The notes under the pieces were generated by a model. That model searched no databases. It was given only the letters and a program-made list of their open reading frames with translations, and was not told the origin of the DNA. A stretch of DNA of 64,000 nucleotides from Calditrichaceae bacterium (lineage in GTDB: Bacteria; Calditrichota; Calditrichia; Calditrichales; JBFXGD01): contig JBFXLE010000005.1 of assembly GCA_050173015.1 (NCBI GenBank), forward strand, positions 64,001 to 128,000, given 5' to 3'. Positions 30,398 to 38,173 of this stretch are shown here, one piece after another (positions within the stretch are counted from its first letter, which is position 1; the number at the start of each line of letters is the position of its first letter). The position numbers and the translations under genes are program-made.

Positions 30398-31702
30398 TTA
30401 TTTAATCCCGGCAATTTTTTCAAGCATGGCGGTTGTTAATGATTTCGGACGCTCCAGAGCCTGACCAAGCGCGCGATCCCAGATGATATTGCTGAGAACG
30501 CCTATTGCCCGGCCTACGCCAAACATGACTGTATAGAAATCATAGTCAGTCACACCATAATGCCATTGGATAACACCTGAATGTGCATCCACATTTGGCC
30601 ATGGATTCTTAGCTTTACCTTGTTCGACAAGAATCGGAGGCACCACATCATAAAGCATACTTACCAATTTAAAAATTGGATCATCCGGCAGATACTTTAA
30701 TGAAAAATCACGCTGCGCGGCATAGCGCGGATCTGTTTTCCTCAGAACGGCATGGCCGTAACCGGGAATGACCTGACCTGATTTCAAAGTATCCCACACG
30801 AATTTTTTCAATTCTTCCTTGGTCGGCAATTTATTTCCAAGCTGATCCATCAACTGCTGAATCCAGCGCAATACTTCCTGATTTGCCAATCCGTGAAGCG
30901 GCCCCGCAAGACCGTTAAGACCGGCAGACAATGAATAATAAGCGTCGGACAGGGCAGATGAAACAAGATGCGTAGTATGGGCGCTTACATTTCCGCTTTC
31001 ATGATCACTATGAAGAATAAAATAGAGACGTGAAATTTCATCATAGGGATGTTTGATTCCCATCATATGGGCGAAATTTGCTCCAAAATCCAGATTTGCG
31101 TCCGGTTTAATCGGTGTATCTGCTTTGTACTTCATTCTGTAAATATAAGCGGCAATTTCAGGTAATTTAGCCAGCAGATTCATTGAGTCTTCATAGGTTG
31201 GATCCCAGTAATCCATCTTACTGATTCCGGCATTATATTTTTGCACAAATACTGATTCTCTCTGCAATGAAAGAACAGCTGCCGAAAACATGGTCATTGG
31301 ATGAGTATCCCTGGGCATGGCACGCAGCATATCAAAAACATATTCTGGAACACGGCTTCTGCCCTTGAAGTCTTCCACTACATCCGCGATATCATCCTTT
31401 GTCGGGATTTCACCGGTAAGGAGAAGATAAAAATGACCTTCTACAAACGGCATTTCCGCGCCCTTTGGCTTAGGGAGTTTTTCAAGACATTCGGGGATGG
31501 TGTATCCGCGGAAACGAATACCCTCTTCAGGGTCCAGATAGGAGATATCGGTTGTCAGGGATTTTAAACTACGCATCCCGCCGTAAAACTGGTTAATTTT
31601 AACCTGGTCGACAACGACATCGCCATGCTCCTTAACCAACCTGGTAACCCGATCCCTGTAACCAGGAATTTTTTGTTCGAGTTTTGCTTTGAGTTTTGAC
31701 AT
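30398..31702 (-). CDS. gltA: Citrate (Si)-synthase, eukaryote-like type
   Basis: DHESGNVSAH, LAGPLHGLANQEVL, PGYGHAVLRKTDPRY, KNPWPNVDAHSG. Confidence 0.95.
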   Translation of the reverse strand: MSKLKAKLEQKIPGYRDRVTRLVKEHGDVVVDQVKINQFYGGMRSLKSLTTDISYLDPEEGIRFRGYTIPECLEKLPKPKGAEMPFVEGHFYLLLTGEIPTKDDIADVVEDFKGRSRVPEYVFDMLRAMPRDTHPMTMFSAAVLSLQRESVFVQKYNAGISKMDYWDPTYEDSMNLLAKLPEIAAYIYRMKYKADTPIKPDANLDFGANFAHMMGIKHPYDEISRLYFILHSDHESGNVSAHTTHLVSSALSDAYYSLSAGLNGLAGPLHGLANQEVLRWIQQLMDQLGNKLPTKEELKKFVWDTLKSGQVIPGYGHAVLRKTDPRYAAQRDFSLKYLPDDPIFKLVSMLYDVVPPILVEQGKAKNPWPNVDAHSGVIQWHYGVTDYDFYTVMFGVGRAIGVLSNIIWDRALGQALERPKSLTTAMLEKIAGIK

Positions 31703-31811
31703 TTGTTAATCCTTTCTTTATTGGATAAGAAAAAACAACATTTAGAGATGTATTTCACAAGACTTATTAATAAACTCTTCTGCAAATCCCGGATGCCCCC
31801 GCATCAAAACC

Positions 31812-32036
31812 TTATTTTGATGAATCACCCGATTTATTATTGGACGAACTTCCGCCTTTTTTGTAATCCGTTATATAGAATCCGCTTCCCTTAAAGACCA
31901 GGCCCGCCCCCGCGCCAATTTTTCTGCGTAGCTGCCCGCCGCATTTTGGACATACTCTTGGAGGTATCGCGCTGATTCCATGAAATTTCTCAAACTCGTA
32001 CCCGCAGCTATCACAAATGTAATCATAAGTTGGCAT
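31812..32036 (-). CDS. FmdB-family zinc ribbon protein
   Basis: MPTYDY.CDSC...CPKC...FKGSGFY.TDY. Confidence 0.9.
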   Translation of the reverse strand: MPTYDYICDSCGYEFEKFHGISAIPPRVCPKCGGQLRRKIGAGAGLVFKGSGFYITDYKKGGSSSNNKSGDSSK

Positions 32037-32070
32037 CTTAATCAATCACTCCTTTTTTTTCTTTCATCCA

Positions 32071-33051
32071 TCAGGACATTGTACTGCAAATACATGCCAC
32101 ATTAACAATATCATCCACACTGCATCCGCGCGAAAGATCATTATATGGTTTTGCTAGTCCCTGAATGACCGGTCCGATTGCTTCCGCGCCGGCAAGACGC
32201 TCGGCAATCTTATAACCAATATTTCCCGCATCCAAATCCGGGAAAATCAATACATTCGCATTTCCGGCTACCGGACTGCCCGGAGCCTTTCTTTTTGCTA
32301 TTGAATCAACTAAAGCTGAATCAAATTGCAATTCACCATCAATTTTTAGATCCGGCTTAAGTGTCATAATTTTTTTAGTTGCCTGCAGAACCTTATCAAC
32401 ATCTTCATGCGCCGCGCTTCCTTTTGTGGAGAATGAAAGCATCGCGACCATTGGTTCTTTTCCAACCAGTCGTTCGTATGTCTTTGCGCTGCTGATCGCG
32501 ATACTCGCCAGCTGATCAATATCAGGATTTGGAATAACCGCGCAATCACCAAAGACCAGTTCCCGGCCGTCAGGAAGTACCATAACAAATGAGCTCGATA
32601 CCGCCTGGATCCCTTCCGCCAGTCCGACTATCTGGATTGCCGCCCGGAGAACATCACCCGTTGTATTAACCGACCCGGCTACAGCACCTTCGGCTTCTCC
32701 GTTTCGAACCATCAGCGCCCCGTAATACAATTCGTTTTCGATAATTCGGGCCGCATCTTCAGAAGTCATACCTTTGTGTTTTCTTAACTGATAATATTGT
32801 TCGGCATACGCTTCTTTTTTAGGTGATTTTTTTGGATCTATAATTGTGATTCCGTCTAGAGAAACCGCATTCTCCTGAGCGACGGTTTTAATTATCTCGC
32901 CATCGCCAAGCAAGATCGGTTCAACCAATTTACTCTCTTTCAGAATAGCCGCCGCTTTAATAACTCTCGGCTCCGTTCCCTCCGGCAAAACGATCCTGTT
33001 TGAATTCCTTTTCTTTGCATTTTCTCTGATTTTAACTACAAATTCAGTCAT
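32071..33051 (-). CDS. pta: Phosphate acetyltransferase
   Basis: IVLPEG, DCAV.PNP, LSFST.GS, DGELQFD, GNIGYK, NDLSRGC. Confidence 0.96.
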   Translation of the reverse strand: MTEFVVKIRENAKKRNSNRIVLPEGTEPRVIKAAAILKESKLVEPILLGDGEIIKTVAQENAVSLDGITIIDPKKSPKKEAYAEQYYQLRKHKGMTSEDAARIIENELYYGALMVRNGEAEGAVAGSVNTTGDVLRAAIQIVGLAEGIQAVSSSFVMVLPDGRELVFGDCAVIPNPDIDQLASIAISSAKTYERLVGKEPMVAMLSFSTKGSAAHEDVDKVLQATKKIMTLKPDLKIDGELQFDSALVDSIAKRKAPGSPVAGNANVLIFPDLDAGNIGYKIAERLAGAEAIGPVIQGLAKPYNDLSRGCSVDDIVNVACICSTMS

Positions 33052-33551
33052 CTTCCTACACCTTTAACTTTCATTTTATCTATTAGTTTATCAGAAACAT
33101 ATTTAGTTACAAATTTTTCCACATTGCCGCCAAATTTTGCCACATCTTTTACGATTGTCGAATTTAAATAGGTGTACTTCTCATTCGGCATAAGAAAAAC
33201 GGTTGTAATATTATGGGCTAATTGCCTGTTCATTAGCGCCATCTGAAATTCATATTCAAAATCAGATACCGCGCGAAGTCCTCTGATAATTCCTATTGCC
33301 TTCTGTTCTAACGCGAAATTTACCAATAATCCATCAAATTTATCCACTGAAACATTCGAAAAATTTTGACATGCGTTTTTGATCATATCAATCCGTTCGG
33401 ATTCGGTAAAAAGTGGTTTTTTTGTCTGGTTTATCGCAAGAGTGACAATTACACGGTCAAACAAACGGCTGGCCCGCTCAATGATATCTATGTGCCCAAG
33501 AGTAATCGGATCAAAGGTTCCCGGATAAATGGCGACTTTTAAATCACTCAT
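33048..33551 (-). CDS. coaD: Pantetheine-phosphate adenylyltransferase
   Basis: [24 protein letters not shown]; start trimmed to ATG 33551. Confidence 0.97.
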   Translation of the reverse strand: MSDLKVAIYPGTFDPITLGHIDIIERASRLFDRVIVTLAINQTKKPLFTESERIDMIKNACQNFSNVSVDKFDGLLVNFALEQKAIGIIRGLRAVSDFEYEFQMALMNRQLAHNITTVFLMPNEKYTYLNSTIVKDVAKFGGNVEKFVTKYVSDKLIDKMKVKGVGR

Positions 33552-34101
33552 TAATTTGCCTCTTTTCAAGAAATGATAATAAGCTTCTGCCAACTCTCTT
33601 TTGTTTTAAAATATTATAGTCTGATGATTCGGGCATAATTGGATTTGTGATTTCATGCTCCAGCACCAGAAGTCCTCCCGGACTGATAACATTTCGGATA
33701 AAAACCGTGTCAACCAATTCCTGAATTTGCGGATATACAAAAGGCGGGTCCATCAAACACAGATCAACCGAGAGCCCGGTCGTATTCGCAAAATCAATCG
33801 CGTCACTCCGGATTATTTCATGTTGATCTTGGCTGATCTTTAAATGTTCCAAATTGGAAGTAAGAATTTTGATTGATGTCGGAGCTTTTTCGACAAAATA
33901 GATTTTTTCTGCTCCTCTGCTCAGCGCTTCCAGCCCAAGATTGCCGCTTCCCGCGAACAAATCAATTACAATTTTCCCATACGGAAAATCCTGCAATATA
34001 TTAAAAATATCTTCTTTAACCCGGTCCGTTGTGGGTCTAATGGAAAGATCATTGCTGCTTTTTAAGCGCCTGCCCTTATAGATTCCTGAAATAATTCTCA
34101 T
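33544..34101 (-). CDS. rsmD: 16S rRNA m2G966 methyltransferase
   Basis: MRIISG..KGR, RPTTDRVKE..F, DLFAGSG.LGLEALSRGA, DPPF. Confidence 0.95.
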   Translation of the reverse strand: MRIISGIYKGRRLKSSNDLSIRPTTDRVKEDIFNILQDFPYGKIVIDLFAGSGNLGLEALSRGAEKIYFVEKAPTSIKILTSNLEHLKISQDQHEIIRSDAIDFANTTGLSVDLCLMDPPFVYPQIQELVDTVFIRNVISPGGLLVLEHEITNPIMPESSDYNILKQKRVGRSLLSFLEKRQINE

Positions 34102-34104
34102 TTT

Positions 34105-35235
34105 CTAAACAAAAACCTGTACAATCAATTTAAGTTGGTATTTTGATAGTTTAAACGTTTTTTGATCGGCAGCGGACAGGGTTAATTTGTGTATTTTAAT
34201 ATTGCTGGCGGAAGATCCGATTGAATTCATTAATGATTTACATCCATCAAGGTTGCCTGAAATTACTGCTTCCACCTCATAGACCCTAAAATTATTTTTC
34301 GATGAAGCCGAGCCGCTCTTGATTGAATTCATCTTCAATTGGTTTTTTCTTGTGAGATCTGTTAGCCACGACTTGGCGTCATCTGCGCTGTTAAGCCTTA
34401 ATCCCAGTTCTCTTGCCTGCGGCATTCCATTCATCTCCGCGGTATATAATCCAAATATACCTCCGTTTTTTCCGGGCCGCTGACTAGATGACAGAACAAC
34501 AAATTTTTTATCTTTGTACTTATTCTTCAGATCGAGATTGAGTTTTGCCAGGTCATCCCTGCTTTTACCAAACACTTCAAATAAAAATGAATTATCGTAT
34601 AGAAGGATACTCGACAAATTGATATTTTGACCACTAAAATTGAGGATATTTCCTATAAATGAAAGTTCATTGCCGGTTCTGTCCGCAAGACTTCCGAGAA
34701 ATCTTGTTTTTTCTAATTCCTCCGGTGAAACAGCCGGCTGTTCTTCAACAAGTTCGGTCGGTGGTATTTTACCGGTATCATCTTTAAAAACCCACTGGTT
34801 TAATCCGAGATAGACAATAAAGAGCAGTGCCACTATTCCTGCTCCGATTAGTATCGGCTTATAGTTTATGGCATCCGGCTTTTCATCAAAAAAACTTTCA
34901 TCCTGGATAAATGAAGGCTTCTTTTCTTTAACTCCTGAAGGCCGATCTTCATCAAATCCGGAAAATTTTGGCTCTGCCGGCGCCACACGATCCTGATCAA
35001 CATCAAATAAACTTGAATGCTGCTCCGGTTCACCGGTAAGGTCTATTACCTCACGCTGATCAAAAGAGTCGGTCGTTTTCTCTTTGCTGTCTTCAATAAT
35101 GACCGGCTCTTCTTTTTCAAGAGCATCAAAATCTATTTCATCCTTTTCTATATCTTTTTTATCGCCCGGTTGGTCATCTTCCCGTTTTTTTGGCGAAAAC
35201 AGCTCGTCATCTTCTAAAAGATTATACTTTCCCAT
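34105..35235 (-). CDS. Bitopic membrane protein with an acidic N-terminus and tandem PilN-like and PilO-like domains
   Basis: About 125 aa D/E/P-rich region, TM ILIGAGIVALLFIVYLGL, then two ferredoxin-like patterns resembling PilN and PilO/GspM (pattern recognition only). Confidence 0.55.
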   Translation of the reverse strand: MGKYNLLEDDELFSPKKREDDQPGDKKDIEKDEIDFDALEKEEPVIIEDSKEKTTDSFDQREVIDLTGEPEQHSSLFDVDQDRVAPAEPKFSGFDEDRPSGVKEKKPSFIQDESFFDEKPDAINYKPILIGAGIVALLFIVYLGLNQWVFKDDTGKIPPTELVEEQPAVSPEELEKTRFLGSLADRTGNELSFIGNILNFSGQNINLSSILLYDNSFLFEVFGKSRDDLAKLNLDLKNKYKDKKFVVLSSSQRPGKNGGIFGLYTAEMNGMPQARELGLRLNSADDAKSWLTDLTRKNQLKMNSIKSGSASSKNNFRVYEVEAVISGNLDGCKSLMNSIGSSASNIKIHKLTLSAADQKTFKLSKYQLKLIVQVFV

Positions 35236-35249
35236 TCATACCTCCAAAT

Positions 35250-36170
35250 TTAACCATCATCCGAATTTCGAAGAACAGAACCGATCGCTTCAATATCACC
35301 ATTCCCGTTTGGAACTTCGACAGGATATTTATCCGTTTCTATTCTTTTCAACTCGATTGAAAAATTTTTCCGCAGAAGGTCAAATGTCGAATCCACGACA
35401 GATGGGCCGTAGATATATATCTGTAATTCTTTTTGACTTTCGGCTGACAACTGATTGGACAGATTTTCCAGCTCTTTAAAACGTTCAACCATCTTTTCAA
35501 GTATTTTTTGGTCTCTGTTTTGATGTCCGCTTAGTGTATTAATATTATCTAAAAAGGATGAGTAGTATTCTCCACTCAACATAAAATGTGTTTCAATGGA
35601 GTAGTTATTAACCTTAAATATCAACTGGTTTTTTTCATGAGTTATCAAACCATGACGATTGAGATAATTCTCCACAGCAAAATTATTCAAACTTACTGAA
35701 CTAAGATTCCCTTCGCAAAGGTGAGCAAACTCATTTAACTCATTAATGATCGATCTTTTGATCGCGATGACAATGATCTCACGGTACTCATCAAAAACAA
35801 ATTCATTCCCTAAGTTAATTTTATAGTTTGAGATATCATCGGGAAGATAATTGTTTAGTTCCCATTCTATTTGAACACGCAGGAGATCTCCGGAAATTTC
35901 TTTTGGAAGAGAGACTCTTTTTACAAAAGCAAAATTGTATGGTATTGAAATATCAATTTCTAAATTATCCAACACTCCGGCGCCTTTTTCCCTCAAGATA
36001 AGATCTGCCAATTTATTGAAATTTTCATTTTTTATAAAACTGTCGAATCGAAAATTGAAGGGATAGGGGAAATGGCTGGATTTGATGAATTGACTAACTC
36101 CCGCTTCGCCTCTGAATTGAGCCAGGTGCATGCCATTATCTGAAAATGATATACCAAAGATATTTTTCAT
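35250..36170 (-). CDS. PilM/GspL-like cytoplasmic actin-fold protein
   Basis: IFGISFSD..MHLA; ISIP..FAFVKRVSLP...IEWELNNYLP..I..Y; IVIAIKRSII...VSLNNFAVEN follow the PilM pattern. Confidence 0.65.
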   Translation of the reverse strand: MKNIFGISFSDNGMHLAQFRGEAGVSQFIKSSHFPYPFNFRFDSFIKNENFNKLADLILREKGAGVLDNLEIDISIPYNFAFVKRVSLPKEISGDLLRVQIEWELNNYLPDDISNYKINLGNEFVFDEYREIIVIAIKRSIINELNEFAHLCEGNLSSVSLNNFAVENYLNRHGLITHEKNQLIFKVNNYSIETHFMLSGEYYSSFLDNINTLSGHQNRDQKILEKMVERFKELENLSNQLSAESQKELQIYIYGPSVVDSTFDLLRKNFSIELKRIETDKYPVEVPNGNGDIEAIGSVLRNSDDG

Positions 36171-36186
36171 GATGTGTTTTCTAATT

Positions 36187-36213
36187 AAAAAAAGGAGGGA
36201 AAATTCCCTCCTT
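36187..36213 (-). terminator. Intrinsic terminator after the pilin-like gene
   Basis: GGAGGGA-ATTT-TCCCTCC followed by T7 on the minus strand. Confidence 0.8.
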
Positions 36214-36239
36214 AATTTATTTTTATAAACATTTTACTT

Positions 36240-37922
36240 CTATTCTTCCCAGCTTTTGGTGTCTTTATAGATATAGCCGTAATTCTCGATTTGTTTTTTA
36301 AATAAGCCATATACATTTTCAGACTTTCCTTCGGAAGCAAAGAGGTATACCTCTCCCAATTCAAAATCCAATGATTTTAAAGTCGGGGTAACAGTAGAAC
36401 CGGTAATTGATTTAATTTTTCCAAATGAGTCATTCAATGCCGCGATATCCTCATCAAAGTTTTTTACACCGGCAGGAAGTCTTCGAATTTCTCCTAACAG
36501 CTGATTATACTCTTCAAGAACTTTAATCATATCCGAGTGAAGTGTATCTAAATTGCCGAAGATATTTTCAGAGTAAACCTGGTCAAATATTCTGACACTG
36601 TTGAGTGCATTTTCAGAATATAATTTAATATCACTAAAACTATTTGAGTTGGGCACTTCTTTTACAAACCGGGCCAAATCCGAATAAGCGGTAATCACGC
36701 TCAGATCTGTAAGCTTATTGGCAAGTTCTTCAACTTGCCTGTTCTTAACAAATATATCGACATTCTTGCGAATTTCCTGCTTCACTAACATGGATTTGTT
36801 TTTAATTCCGTTGATGGTGTCTACATAGGCTTTATATGCCGGCAGAATGGGCATACTTTTTGACTTTTCTACAAGAGGCAACGTCATTGCTTTCAAGTCA
36901 TCCAGTAGTTCCGGACTTTCCACTTTGACAGAGCCGGAATCATCCAAAATGGTTATGTTGTACATTTTCTTTGATACGGGACTGTAAAAATTAGCCTCTG
37001 TCAGATGCATAACCATCGAATCCGCCTCTGATAACCTGTAAAGCGCGGTTTTGCTTGTCGTGTTGAAATCCATTAAGAATTTTTGAAAGGTTGCATCAAT
37101 TTTTGCTGCTATTTCCTGAACCTTTTGGCCGTCTCCTGCCGTGTTTGATTTTGCAAGCTTATTAAAGGCTTTATCAATATTTGCATTAAAATCTTTCACA
37201 CGGTCAGAGACATTGGACACTTCTTTAATTGATGAGCGGTTAATGGATTTAACCAGGTCATTAATTCTTATGGAGAGGGGTTCCCATCCTGCTTCCAGTT
37301 TATTAAGCTCAACTCTTGTAATCATTCTGCTGATAGTATCTGTGATTGCCACAGCTCTTGATGCCGCAGACTGAAGAGTATAGTCAGAAAGATCCCTTCT
37401 GAGTTGTGTAAGGGAATCGACATAGTTTGCGGTTATAATATAATTTTCATATTTCGCATCGTTATTCATAACCGATAATTTTAATTTCAGCTCTTCCGCT
37501 TCCTCATTAATCTCTTCGTTGGTCATCAAGAATCTGGCGTTTGTATTAAGATCTTCAATGATGCTTGCGCTGTTTTGAGAAATTGTGTTTACAGCATTAA
37601 TATTCGGAATATTCAAAAATGCATCGATATGGCCAGCCAGCTCCTGTGTGTAATTCACAATTGTCTGGGCCATTACCAGTGTTGAATCTTCATGAACAAT
37701 TCTTAATAATTCGGCCGGATCTGATGTAAACCCACCTTGAGTACGATGATAAAATCTTTCTGCCTCATAAATGCTCATCATATTACTCCGAGCGGCTATT
37801 TTTTCATTTTGTTCTTCATTCCATATTCTTCCGGGTATTATAATCACCACAACCAACAAGACAATTAACATGAGAATCAATACTTTAAGAAGAATTGATC
37901 CCTTGCCTTCTGTATTAGACAT
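36240..37922 (-). CDS. Large (560 aa) type IV pilin-like protein
   Basis: MSNTEGKG|SILLKVLILMLIVLLVVVIIIP with Gly-1, a hydrophobic run and Pro at +22, then AARSNMMSIYEAERFYHRTQGGFT, resembling pilin alpha1-C; Lys at +5 instead of Glu. Confidence 0.55.
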   Translation of the reverse strand: MSNTEGKGSILLKVLILMLIVLLVVVIIIPGRIWNEEQNEKIAARSNMMSIYEAERFYHRTQGGFTSDPAELLRIVHEDSTLVMAQTIVNYTQELAGHIDAFLNIPNINAVNTISQNSASIIEDLNTNARFLMTNEEINEEAEELKLKLSVMNNDAKYENYIITANYVDSLTQLRRDLSDYTLQSAASRAVAITDTISRMITRVELNKLEAGWEPLSIRINDLVKSINRSSIKEVSNVSDRVKDFNANIDKAFNKLAKSNTAGDGQKVQEIAAKIDATFQKFLMDFNTTSKTALYRLSEADSMVMHLTEANFYSPVSKKMYNITILDDSGSVKVESPELLDDLKAMTLPLVEKSKSMPILPAYKAYVDTINGIKNKSMLVKQEIRKNVDIFVKNRQVEELANKLTDLSVITAYSDLARFVKEVPNSNSFSDIKLYSENALNSVRIFDQVYSENIFGNLDTLHSDMIKVLEEYNQLLGEIRRLPAGVKNFDEDIAALNDSFGKIKSITGSTVTPTLKSLDFELGEVYLFASEGKSENVYGLFKKQIENYGYIYKDTKSWEE

Positions 37923-37992
37923 TCTTCCTCCGACAAATTAATATTATTCAAAAGCGCGACTTTAGCAATTTTAAGTATAAAAAAACATTTGC

Positions 37993-38021
37993 AAGTTAAC
38001 CAAATCTCATTTGGATGTCAA
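37993..38021 (-). promoter_or_regulatory. sigma70 promoter of the pilin-like gene with a palindrome in the spacer
   Basis: TTGACA-N17-TAACTT; CCAAAT-CTC-ATTTGG at 38000-38014. Confidence 0.6.
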
Positions 38022-38098
38022 ACCTTTTTTAACGTGGCTTCTGCCATAAAACAAGTAATTATAAGAACTTCCAATTAGAGAGTTCCAACTAAAAGCTA

Positions 38099-38127
38099 TT
38101 GCAAAAATAATTATTTTTTACTATAAT
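38099..38127 (+). promoter_or_regulatory. sigma70 promoter of the cyclophilin-domain lipoprotein gene
   Basis: TTGCAA-N17-TATAAT. Confidence 0.7.
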
Positions 38128-38173
38128 TTACAAATCATTATTTCCAAACAATTTAACGAAAGAATCGCCTCAG

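Noticed and set aside
31743-31760. Possible Rex box upstream of gltA (minus strand TTGTGAAATACATCTCTA)
   Set aside because: One perfect half-site, but three mismatches in the other; too weak without comparative data
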